NCBI GenBank assembly: GCA_018240485.1
Contig: JAFEFR010000044.1
Location: forward strand, 1-45,247
Length of the DNA: 45,247 nt
Source: Pseudomonadota bacterium
Lineage (GTDB): Bacteria; Pseudomonadota; Gammaproteobacteria; Xanthomonadales; Rhodanobacteraceae
Reading direction: 5' to 3'
Shown here one piece after another: positions 19,917 through 28,586 of this stretch (the first letter of the stretch is position 1; each line of letters opens with the position of its first letter). The position numbers were made by a program, and so were the translations under genes. Under the pieces are notes generated by a model. The model ran no database searches. It was not told where the DNA came from and saw nothing but the letters and a program-made list of their open reading frames with translations.

Positions 19917-21767
19917 TCAGCGGATCTCGCAGAAACAGTAGGCAAACACGCCGACTTTGTTTGCATCGAGTGAGCGCAACAGCTTCAACTGGCTTTGCAC
20001 GTCGGGCTGGGCGATGAGGGTACGCACCGATTCGGGCAACAAGCTTTGGGCGAAACGCGCCGAGTTGTCGTTGGACAGGCCGACGATGAATTTTTCCCAC
20101 GGCGACAGCGATTTCTCGACGTAGCGTACCTGATAGTTGTCGCCGAGATTGGCCGACTTCGCGGCCGCCGCCGTGGCTTCGCGCAAGCCGCCGAGCTGGT
20201 CGACGAGGCCGCGTTCTTTCGCCTGCGCGCCGCTCCACACGCGACCGCGCGCGATCGCATCGATGTCTTCGGGTTTCTTCTTGCGCGCCGCGGCCACTTT
20301 GCCGATGAAATTCCGATAGCCTTTGTCGATGATGCTTTGGATCACCTCGCCCACTTTCGGGTCGAGGGCGCGGCGCGGATCGAGCGCACCTGCCAGCGCG
20401 GTCGTGCCGACGCCGTCGGTATGCACGTTGATTTTCGCCAGCGCCTTGGGGAAATCCAGGAACAGGCCGAAGATGCCGATCGAGCCGGTGATCGTGGTGG
20501 GATCGGCGAAGATCGTCTCGCCGTCCATCGAAATCCAATAACCGCCCGAGGCGGCGACGTCGCCCATCGAAACGACGACCGGCTTGCCGGCGGCGCGAGT
20601 CAACTCCACTTCGCGGCGAATCAGTTCGGATGCGAACGCGCTGCCGCCCGGCGATGCGACGCGCAGCACCACGGCCTTGACGTTCTTGTTCTCACGCGCC
20701 CGGCGCAGCAGTTTGGCGGTCGATTCGCCGCCGACCGAACCCGCAGGCTGATCGCCGTCGAGAATTTCGCCCTGTGCGACGACGATGCCGATTTGCGGCC
20801 GCGCATCCACGGGATGCTCGCGCTGCACGAGATCGACGTAGTCGCGAAAATCGATCTTGCGATAACTGTTGTCCTGTTTGACGCCTTTGTCGATCAACAG
20901 CCGCTCCGCCTCGTCGTGTGTGGCGAGTTGGTCGACGAGGTGGCTGTCGAGCGCGAGTTTGGCCAGATCGCCGTTCGCGGATTTGAGCGCCGACGGAAAG
21001 GCGTCGATCTGCGCTGCGAGCTGTTTCGCATCGAGTTTGCGTGCGGTGGCGACTTCGGCGAGATAGTCGTTCCATACGCCATTCATCCAGAACAAATCGG
21101 CTTCCTTCGATTCCGGCGAAGCGTCGTTGCGGATGTACGGTTCGGCATAGGATTTGTACTCGCCGACGCGGAACAAATGCACATCGACGCCGAGCCAATC
21201 CAGCGCGTCCTTGTAGTAGGTGCGATAGCGGCCGAGGCCTTCGAGCAGCAGGTCGCCGTCGGGATGCAGGAGAATCCGATTGGCGTGCGCCGCGAGCAGG
21301 TATTGGCCCTGACTCATGGAATTGGAAACGGCAACGACATCCTTGCCGGCTGCCTTGAAACGTTCGATCGCAGCGCCGATCTCATGCAAGGTGGCCATGC
21401 CGGCCGAGGCGATGCCGTCGGGTTCGATGACCAGGCGCTCGATGCGCTTGTCCGCTGCGGCGTCGTCGATCGCACGCAGGATGTCGCGCAACTGCACTTC
21501 GCGGGTTTTCTGTCCGGCAACCGAAGCGAGCGCACGCTGCGCGGGATCGGAACTGTATTGTTCGACGATGCTGCCCCTGGGATCGAGCACGAGTGCGGTG
21601 CGCTCTTCGAGCGTGCCGCTGCCGCCGCCACCCAGGCGCCAGGCCATCAGAAAAACGAGCAGCAGAAACAGAGCGATGGTGCCGAACACGAGGCGGCGCA
21701 CGAAATTGAACAAGCTCCAAGCCCAGACAAGCAAGGTAGCGAACACGCCGCGGGGTTTTTCAGCCAT
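19917..21767 (-). CDS. sppA: Signal peptide peptidase SppA (protease IV, 67K type)
   Basis: RVGEYKS, VASPGGSAFASELIR, SMGDVAASGGYWIS, TITGSIGIFG. Confidence 0.96.
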   Translation of the reverse strand: MAEKPRGVFATLLVWAWSLFNFVRRLVFGTIALFLLLVFLMAWRLGGGGSGTLEERTALVLDPRGSIVEQYSSDPAQRALASVAGQKTREVQLRDILRAIDDAAADKRIERLVIEPDGIASAGMATLHEIGAAIERFKAAGKDVVAVSNSMSQGQYLLAAHANRILLHPDGDLLLEGLGRYRTYYKDALDWLGVDVHLFRVGEYKSYAEPYIRNDASPESKEADLFWMNGVWNDYLAEVATARKLDAKQLAAQIDAFPSALKSANGDLAKLALDSHLVDQLATHDEAERLLIDKGVKQDNSYRKIDFRDYVDLVQREHPVDARPQIGIVVAQGEILDGDQPAGSVGGESTAKLLRRARENKNVKAVVLRVASPGGSAFASELIRREVELTRAAGKPVVVSMGDVAASGGYWISMDGETIFADPTTITGSIGIFGLFLDFPKALAKINVHTDGVGTTALAGALDPRRALDPKVGEVIQSIIDKGYRNFIGKVAAARKKKPEDIDAIARGRVWSGAQAKERGLVDQLGGLREATAAAAKSANLGDNYQVRYVEKSLSPWEKFIVGLSNDNSARFAQSLLPESVRTLIAQPDVQSQLKLLRSLDANKVGVFAYCFCEIR

Positions 21768-21875
21768 GGATCATCCTCATCGAAACCGTTGTCGCTCATC
21801 ACACCGTGGCATTGGCGCAATGCGTGGTATGCCGAAAGCGTAGCGCAATAACCGACGCTGCGCATGCGCCGCAGG

Positions 21876-23255
21876 TCATGCCTTCGTCGTGCGACTTGCG
21901 CGCAGGAAACGCAAGGTCAGCAGCACGGCAGCGGCGGTCAATCCGGCGACCAGCCCCATCCACATGCCGCGCGCGCCGAAGCCCTGTCTGAATGCCAACC
22001 AGTAACCCAGCGGCATGCCGATCGCCCAGTAGGCGAGCACGGTGATGATCATCGGCATGGTCGTGTCCTTGAGTCCGCGCAGCGCACCGCCGGCGGTGAC
22101 CTGGATACCGTCGGAAAACTGGAACACCGCAGCGAGTATCAACAATTGCGCGGCCAGCGTCGCAACCGCCGCGTCGTCGGTGTAGGCGTGCGCGATCGCC
22201 CGCGGGAACAGCGCCATGGCGGAGGAGGCGATGAATTGCGTGCCGAGCGAGAGCGCCATGCCGGCGAGCCCGGCGGCGCGAATGCCATGCGCATCGCCAC
22301 GACCGACCGCATTGCCGACGCGCACCGTCGTCGCCATGGCCAGACCCAGCGGCACCATGAACGTGATCGAGGCGACGTTGATCGCCACCTGGTGACTGGC
22401 CACGGTGATCGCACCCAGCGAGGCGATCAAGAGCGCGGTGCAGACGAACAGACCGGCTTCCATCATCAGGGCAATGCCCATCGGCACGCCGAGACGCAGC
22501 AATGCACCGATCTCGCGCCAACGCGGTGCTTCCAGATGCGCGAACGGAGCAATGTCGCGATAGTTGCGATGCCGGTTCAGATACAGCGCGAACGCGATCA
22601 CCTCGACCCAGAGCACGAACGCCGTCGCCTCGCCCGAGCCTTCGGCGCCGCGCGGCGCAAAGCCGAGTTTGCCGTACATCAGGGTGTAGCCGATCGGGGC
22701 GAGTACGACGAGGCCGAGCAGGCCGAAGTACATCGTCGGTCGAGTCAGAGACAAACCTTCGGACAAACCACGCATGGCGAAGTACAGGGTCAGCGCTGGT
22801 GCGCCCCAGGCCACGGCGCGAATGAATTTCGTCGTGTCCGCCACGATGCCCTGATCGACACCGAACCTGCCGAGCAGGTGTGGCCCGACAAAGCGAATGA
22901 ACATCAACAAGCCGAGGCCGAGCAGCAAGGCCATCCACAGCGCCTGGCGAAACAGCGGGCCGATTTCCGCACGGCGGGCCGCGCCATGCAGTTGGGCCAC
23001 GCTCGGCGGCACCGACATCATCACGCCGATGCCGGTCACGATCGCGATTGACCAGATGCTGGCGCCGACCGCGACAGCAGCGAGTGTGTGCGCGTTGTAG
23101 TGTCCGGCGAGCAGTGTGTCGACGACATTCATGCCGATCGCCGAGAGCTGGCCTGCGATCAACGGCAAGGCGAGGATCAGCGTGTCGCGCAACTCGCGGC
23201 GGAACGGCGTCGGCACGGAGCCAGCCGCAATGGCTGCGGCAGGAGAGAGGGTCAT
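21876..23255 (-). CDS. norM: MATE family efflux transporter
   Basis: VVDTLLAG, LGVPMG..EAGLF, RVGNAVG, FQFSDGIQV..GALRGLKDT. About 12 TMs. Confidence 0.92.
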   Translation of the reverse strand: MTLSPAAAIAAGSVPTPFRRELRDTLILALPLIAGQLSAIGMNVVDTLLAGHYNAHTLAAVAVGASIWSIAIVTGIGVMMSVPPSVAQLHGAARRAEIGPLFRQALWMALLLGLGLLMFIRFVGPHLLGRFGVDQGIVADTTKFIRAVAWGAPALTLYFAMRGLSEGLSLTRPTMYFGLLGLVVLAPIGYTLMYGKLGFAPRGAEGSGEATAFVLWVEVIAFALYLNRHRNYRDIAPFAHLEAPRWREIGALLRLGVPMGIALMMEAGLFVCTALLIASLGAITVASHQVAINVASITFMVPLGLAMATTVRVGNAVGRGDAHGIRAAGLAGMALSLGTQFIASSAMALFPRAIAHAYTDDAAVATLAAQLLILAAVFQFSDGIQVTAGGALRGLKDTTMPMIITVLAYWAIGMPLGYWLAFRQGFGARGMWMGLVAGLTAAAVLLTLRFLRASRTTKA

Positions 23256-23366
23256 GAGTGGGAATGGCGGACGACGGAGGCCTAGTCTAGCCCATGCGCA
23301 ACCACAAGGATCGAGCCGCGCTCCGGCGTTGCCATTCGGATGACAATCCGCGCTAGCATGCGCGCC

Positions 23367-24635
23367 ATGACGAATCCGCCGCCCGAAGACGCCGCACCGA
23401 TCACCCCCCTACCACCCGTGCCATTGATGCCCGCGGGCACCGAGAAGGCCGAAGCCTCGCGCGACGCAGAATTTTCCGCAGAAGCCGAAGGCAGTCAGTC
23501 CGCAGCGGCGAAGAGCCTCTGCGCGAATTGTGGCGCCGAACTGCTTGGCCCGCACTGCTACGTCTGTGGGCAACCGGTCAAGGGCATGGTGCGGCACTTG
23601 TCGAGCATTCTTGCCGATGCCGCCGACACCATTCTCAACATCGACTCGCGCATCTTCCGCACGATCGTGCCGCTGTATCTGCGCCCCGGTTTCCTCACCA
23701 ATGAATATTTCGACGGGCGCCGGGTGCGCTACGTCACGCCGTTTCGGCTGTATTTTTTCTTCAGCATCCTCGCGTTTTTTCTGATGCAGTTCGCCATCGG
23801 CGATGTCGACCTTGGCGTGAAAGCGGATGCGGTCGATGCGATCGGCAAGGCAATGAGCGTGGAAGATCTCGCCAAACAGCGCGATGTGGCGTTGGCCGCG
23901 TTGCAAAAAGCGAGATCGACGAGCCCCGACCTCGCCGGAAAAGGGTTCGAAAAAGCCACGCGGAAAATCCAGAAGCAAGCCGACAAACGGCTGGAGTACC
24001 TGGAAAAAGTCGAGCAAGCAAAAACCAACGGAACGCCCGTGCCGCCAGACCCGGAGAGCGATAACTTCAATCTGAAAGTGGCAGGCAAGACCTGGGATTC
24101 GAAAAGCAATCCGGTGCACCTCGGCGGGCCGAAATTCTTCGACGACAAGGCCAATCAACTGCTCGTCCATACCCAGGACAATCTGGCCAAACTCGGCAAA
24201 GACCCCAAGCCGCTGATCGTTGGCGCAATCGGAACCCTGCCGCAAACGCTGTTCGTGCTGATGCCGGTATTCGCCCTGATGCTGAAGATTTTCTACATTT
24301 TCAAGCGCCGGTTGTACATGGAACACATGATCGTCGCGCTGCACAGTCACGCTTTCATCTTTCAGTCTTTGTTCCTGATCGTGCTCGTCGCCATGGCGAA
24401 AGAATGGGCGATGGGAACGACGGGCGCCGCAATGTGGCTGGCCACGCCGTTGAACTGGATGCTGTTCGCGATGGGCTGGTGGGTGCCGATTTACCTGTTG
24501 ATCATGCAGAAGCGGGTGTATCGGCAAGGGTGGACGATGACGCTCGTCAAGTACGCGATGATCGGCTTTGGCTACACGATCCTGATCGGGTTCTGCGCGG
24601 CAGCGGCATTTCTGGTGAGTCTGGCGACGGTATAA
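23367..24635 (+). CDS. DUF3667 domain membrane protein
   Basis: Zinc-ribbon CANCG..HCYVCGQ, RPGFLT..GRRVRYVTPFRLY, several C-terminal TMs. Start codon uncertain (23340, 23358 or 23367). Confidence 0.85.
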   Translation: MTNPPPEDAAPITPLPPVPLMPAGTEKAEASRDAEFSAEAEGSQSAAAKSLCANCGAELLGPHCYVCGQPVKGMVRHLSSILADAADTILNIDSRIFRTIVPLYLRPGFLTNEYFDGRRVRYVTPFRLYFFFSILAFFLMQFAIGDVDLGVKADAVDAIGKAMSVEDLAKQRDVALAALQKARSTSPDLAGKGFEKATRKIQKQADKRLEYLEKVEQAKTNGTPVPPDPESDNFNLKVAGKTWDSKSNPVHLGGPKFFDDKANQLLVHTQDNLAKLGKDPKPLIVGAIGTLPQTLFVLMPVFALMLKIFYIFKRRLYMEHMIVALHSHAFIFQSLFLIVLVAMAKEWAMGTTGAAMWLATPLNWMLFAMGWWVPIYLLIMQKRVYRQGWTMTLVKYAMIGFGYTILIGFCAAAAFLVSLATV

Positions 24636-24677
24636 CCGTTGCGATACGGGTGGGCACCGACCGCGCCGTATACGACG

Positions 24678-26369
24678 TCAGTCGGGTTTCGTCGTTGCGA
24701 AGTCGACTTTGAGTTCGCCGTTGCGCACGGCGGCACTGACATCGACGAATGCGCCGTCGCGATAGTCGAGAAACATCGCAGTCGCGGGAATCGCATTGGC
24801 GATATCCGCACCCATGGTCAGGTAGATCGCCTCGACATCACCGATGGCAAGGGTGGGAAAGCGTTTGCCGGCGAATGCGAGCGGATGCAATGGACGATAG
24901 TCGGCGGGCGATACGCTTTCGGCACGAATGAAGTACACGTAGGGCGGTCGTTCGGTGGCGATCAGGCAGTGAGCCAGACGCTCGGGTTGCGCCGCCAGTC
25001 CTTTGGCGATGGCATCGCTGTAACCGTCGAAACCCCACAGCGAGGCGGTGTGCAGAAAATAGATCTGGCAACCGTGAGTGGGGATGGCGCTGCGATCGAG
25101 CGCGCGCTCGACCGCCGCGAGTGCGGCGGCATCCTTGCGCGTGCCGCTGGCATAGTCGTGCGCGAGGCGGTGCGATAGCGGCGCGCAGGCGAGCAGTGCC
25201 AGCGCAAGCCCGCTCGCGCCAAGGCGCAAAGGCCAAACCGATCCGGTGCGCGACCGTGGCGTTGTGAGCAACGCCAACGTGCAGACAAGGGCGGCAAAAC
25301 TCAAATGAAAGAACCGCGAAGGCACGATGAGGTGGAAAAAAAAGGCATCCGCGCCGAGCGTGCCTGCGAGATGTTTGTAGGCCACGGGTGCCTGTACGAG
25401 ACCGGGCAACAAAATCAGCGTAAACAAAGCGACGGCAACGTGGAGCCGCGGCGTGCCGGCGCCCCGGATTTTCGCGATGGCGAGCCCGGCAACACTCCAC
25501 GCGGCTCCGGCGCAGGCCAGCGCAATCGCGCTCCATCGCGCGGCGCGTGGATCCGCGAACAGATACGCGGCACCGGTGCGCAGCCAGTTGCAGAAGCCGT
25601 CGAGGAAGACGGCGGTGGCGGGCAAGCGCAAGCCGCCGCCGAGCGGCGTCGCCAGCATCACGTGCCGGTAAGCGAGCCAGCCCAGGGTCACTGCGAGGAT
25701 CGCGCCGAGCGCTCCCACGCGCTGGCGCAGGGGGAGTTGTACGCGCGGCGCCAATGCGACGGCCGCGAAGAGGGCGGCGGCGGCGACGACGCCGAGTTCT
25801 TTGCTCAACAAGGCGAGCAGCAGCACAGCGAGCATCGCCGTCAGGGTCGTGGCACGCGGACGTTCGACGTGTGCGAGCGCCGCGCTGAGGGCGATGAGGG
25901 AAAACAGTGTGGTCAGCAGATCGAAACGGTCCGACAGCCATAGCGCCGTGCCGATCGCGAGCGGATGCGCGGCATAGAGCGCTGCCCAGACGGGGTTGAG
26001 TGGGGCGTTGTGCCGCAGGCGTTGCAGCAAAGTATACAATGCGGCAACGCAGGCAAGATGCAAAACGAGATTGGTTGCGTACTGCGGCAAAGCGGCACTG
26101 CCCGCGACGGCGGCGACCGACCACCAAATCAGCACGCCGAGTGGACGAAAATAAGCGTAGTCCGGGAAATGGTTGTGGATGAACAGCAACCACGGTTGAT
26201 GCAGCAAGCGCACCAGAGCGAGAAAGGCGAAGTCGTCCTGGGCGAAAAACGCGCGCAGCCCGGGGGCAAAACAGCCGACTCCGAGCGCAAACGCGAACGC
26301 GAGGCCGGCGATGCGCCAGCGGCGCGGGGTATCGAATGCCGAAGCGGCAGCAGCAACGGCGTTGGACAT
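24678..26369 (-). CDS. Polytopic membrane protein, putative GT-C type glycosyltransferase
   Basis: QDD after TM1, YFRPL, NLVLH, AAHPL, R..LL and LLSKE motifs typical of PMT/TMTC-like proteins. Confidence 0.7.
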   Translation of the reverse strand: MSNAVAAAASAFDTPRRWRIAGLAFAFALGVGCFAPGLRAFFAQDDFAFLALVRLLHQPWLLFIHNHFPDYAYFRPLGVLIWWSVAAVAGSAALPQYATNLVLHLACVAALYTLLQRLRHNAPLNPVWAALYAAHPLAIGTALWLSDRFDLLTTLFSLIALSAALAHVERPRATTLTAMLAVLLLALLSKELGVVAAAALFAAVALAPRVQLPLRQRVGALGAILAVTLGWLAYRHVMLATPLGGGLRLPATAVFLDGFCNWLRTGAAYLFADPRAARWSAIALACAGAAWSVAGLAIAKIRGAGTPRLHVAVALFTLILLPGLVQAPVAYKHLAGTLGADAFFFHLIVPSRFFHLSFAALVCTLALLTTPRSRTGSVWPLRLGASGLALALLACAPLSHRLAHDYASGTRKDAAALAAVERALDRSAIPTHGCQIYFLHTASLWGFDGYSDAIAKGLAAQPERLAHCLIATERPPYVYFIRAESVSPADYRPLHPLAFAGKRFPTLAIGDVEAIYLTMGADIANAIPATAMFLDYRDGAFVDVSAAVRNGELKVDFATTKPD

Positions 26370-26437
26370 GTGCGACCGGAAGAAATGAGCCAGGCGCGAC
26401 TATAGCGGCATCGACGCATGTGCGCGACGCGACGCGA

Positions 26438-27187
26438 TCAATGCTTGACGCGTGGAGCCTGGTTGATGTGAGGAGTCGGAATGCTGTGCGGCGCAGGAAT
26501 GCTGTGTGGCGCGGACGCTTCCTTCAACATCTGGCGACGAAAATCCTCGCGTTGCGTCTCGGGCAGGCTGTGCCAGCGCTTGATGAATTCCTGTCGTTGT
26601 TCGGGGGAGAGACTTTCGAGTTTTTCGCGCATGGCCTTGCGCTCGGCGGGTGGAGCCGATTGCATGACATCGCGAATACCACCCGCGCGGCCTTGTACGC
26701 TGGCGCCGGCGAGAAACGCGTTGCGTTCGGCCGGACTCATGCGCTCGAAGCGTTCGCGCAACTGAGCGCGTTCTGCGGCAGGCAGCGCGTCGAAGCGCTT
26801 GAAGGCATTGATCAGACGCGCTTGTTGTTCGGGGGGTAAATCGTGGAACTGCTGATAGCGTTCGCGCAGTTTGGTGCGTTGCGCGGGGGGCATGTCGACC
26901 CATTTGTTCAGGCGTTTGCTGAACTGCTCACGTTGCGCATCGTTCCATTTCGGCCAATGTTGCGCGCTTTGGGCGAGGCGCGCTTGCACATCGGGCGTGA
27001 GCTCGTCCCAGATGCCGTGCGCGGAGTCGAGCACGGCCTGCTGTGAGGCGGTCAAGTTCGCCCAGGGTTTTGGCGCCAGCGGAGCCTGCGCTGGCGCTGG
27101 CGATGGCACAGCCGTCGACGGCTGTGCCATCGCACCGGTACTGCATGCGAAGGCGACGGCCAGGATGAGGGCACGCGATGCGTTCAA
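26438..27187 (-). CDS. DUF3106 domain periplasmic protein
   Basis: Signal peptide and repeated W/F-xx-L-(T/P/S)-P-x-(Q/E)-R helices. Third gene of the ECF operon. Confidence 0.85.
   Translation of the reverse strand: MNASRALILAVAFACSTGAMAQPSTAVPSPAPAQAPLAPKPWANLTASQQAVLDSAHGIWDELTPDVQARLAQSAQHWPKWNDAQREQFSKRLNKWVDMPPAQRTKLRERYQQFHDLPPEQQARLINAFKRFDALPAAERAQLRERFERMSPAERNAFLAGASVQGRAGGIRDVMQSAPPAERKAMREKLESLSPEQRQEFIKRWHSLPETQREDFRRQMLKEASAPHSIPAPHSIPTPHINQAPRVKH
26478..26513. repeat. 18-bp tandem duplication encoding APHSIP twice
   Basis: GGAATGCTGTGCGGCGCA followed by GGAATGCTGTGTGGCGCG. Confidence 0.7.
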
Positions 27188-27558
27188 CCGTCACCGCCCT
27201 TTTGAGCATCGAGCCAAGCGTAGAAATCGAGATCCTGATAGAACTCCGGCGTAGCGTCCTCGCTGGCGACTTCGGTATCGCTCAGCGTCGCAACCGCCGT
27301 TGTCGTGGCTGCCGAGGCGGGCGAATCGTGGCGAGAGTGCGGCTGCCAGAACGACACCGCAAGCAAAAGCATGCAGGCACTGACCAGTCCGGCCGGCAGC
27401 AACCAGATGCCCGCAGTGCGTGGCCGACGATGTTGTTCCAGCGCTGTCTGGCGCGCGCGATTGAGTCGCGAGAGCGTCGCCGCATCGAGATCGCGAGCGG
27501 ATTCGTCGAGCAGGTTCGTGGCCTGATCGACCCAGTTCAGGGGATGTTTGTCGTTCAT
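27184..27558 (-). CDS. Putative anti-sigma factor (DUF3619-like)
   Basis: LDAATLSRLNRARQTAL, single TM, DLDFYAWL. 4-nt overlaps with both neighbours. Confidence 0.8.
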   Translation of the reverse strand: MNDKHPLNWVDQATNLLDESARDLDAATLSRLNRARQTALEQHRRPRTAGIWLLPAGLVSACMLLLAVSFWQPHSRHDSPASAATTTAVATLSDTEVASEDATPEFYQDLDFYAWLDAQKGGDG

Positions 27559-28163
27559 TGGTGATCCTCCAGTGCGCGCCGCAGAGCGGTCAGCGCACGC
27601 GACAGATGCGTTTTCACGCTGCCTTCGCTGCAAGCCATGGTTTGCGCCGTCGTTGCCACATCGAAGCCTTCCCACATGCGCAAGAGAAATGCCTGACGTT
27701 GGCGCAGCGGCAATGCTTTCAGCGCGGCATCCAGCGCCTTGCCGGCTTCGTTGCCGGCAAGGCGCAGCATCGGACCAGGTTCTTGCGCATCCTCGGCTTG
27801 TTCGACCGGATCGAAAGCATCGTCGTCATTGTCGTGCTTGCGATCGAATACCGCCAGCCAGCGGCTGCGCACGTTGCGGCGACGATGAAAATCGTTGAAT
27901 CGACTGTCGAGCACGCGATGGAACAGCGGCGCCCACTCGGTTTGCGGTTTGGCGGCATAATTCTTGACGAAAGCGCACATCGCATCCTGAACCAGATCGA
28001 GGGCGTCGTCGCGATTGCCGCAGGCGAACTCGGCCATGCGCAAGGCGCGCCGTTCGATACCGCGCAGGAACAGGTCGAGTGCGCGCTGATTCGTGTCGGT
28101 CGCATCCACGCGGAGTACGAGATCCGAAGAAGGGGCTGCCATTGTGCCAGCGATCGCGGTCAT
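27555..28163 (-). CDS. ECF RNA polymerase sigma factor
   Basis: Region 2 DDALDLVQDAM and region 4 LPLRQRQAFLLR..SEGSVKTHLSRA. Start uncertain. Confidence 0.92.
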   Translation of the reverse strand: MTAIAGTMAAPSSDLVLRVDATDTNQRALDLFLRGIERRALRMAEFACGNRDDALDLVQDAMCAFVKNYAAKPQTEWAPLFHRVLDSRFNDFHRRRNVRSRWLAVFDRKHDNDDDAFDPVEQAEDAQEPGPMLRLAGNEAGKALDAALKALPLRQRQAFLLRMWEGFDVATTAQTMACSEGSVKTHLSRALTALRRALEDHQ

Positions 28164-28255
28164 GATTTCCACCTTGCATGCGTCACGGGGGGAACAACGC
28201 GCAGAGTCGAAAGCGGTTGACTGCGACAGCCATCCTGTGCCTGTCTTGGCGAGGC

Positions 28256-28468
28256 TTATACACAAGCGAGCGTATTCGAGCCATGTTGCAACGCAGTCCA
28301 CTTCGGCTCAAATTTTAGTCCAAAATAATATTGCAAGCATTTGATTTATAGAAATTATTACAAATTGGTCAAAGATTCGCCAAGACGAAGAATGGCGCAG
28401 TACCATGCGCTTTTCGCTGGTCGATTCATGGGCTCTTCCACAGGGTTATCCACAAGCACTGTGGATAA
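28256..28468. promoter_or_regulatory. DnaA-box cluster with IHF site (DARS-like element)
   Basis: TCTTCCACA (28434-42), TTATCCACA (28446-54), TGTGGATAA (28460-68) and an extra box TTATACACA (28256-64). IHF consensus AATCAA-ATGC-TTG on the minus strand at 28334-46. AT-rich. Confidence 0.8.
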
Positions 28469-28586
28469 GACAAATTTTTCAATAAAGACGATGGGTTGGC
28501 CATCAAAGTTGAGGCTGAAATCAGCATTGTGTCCCAACCGATGATCCCGCATTGAAAGCGTCGTTCCCATCACGGAAAATTGCGCC

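Noticed and set aside
26478-26513. 18-bp tandem repeat as a contingency locus
   Set aside because: Only two imperfect in-frame copies in a disordered tail.
28256-28468. Chromosomal oriC
   Set aside because: No dnaA, dnaN or gidA context, only four boxes and no clear DUE repeats. A DARS/datA-like element fits better.
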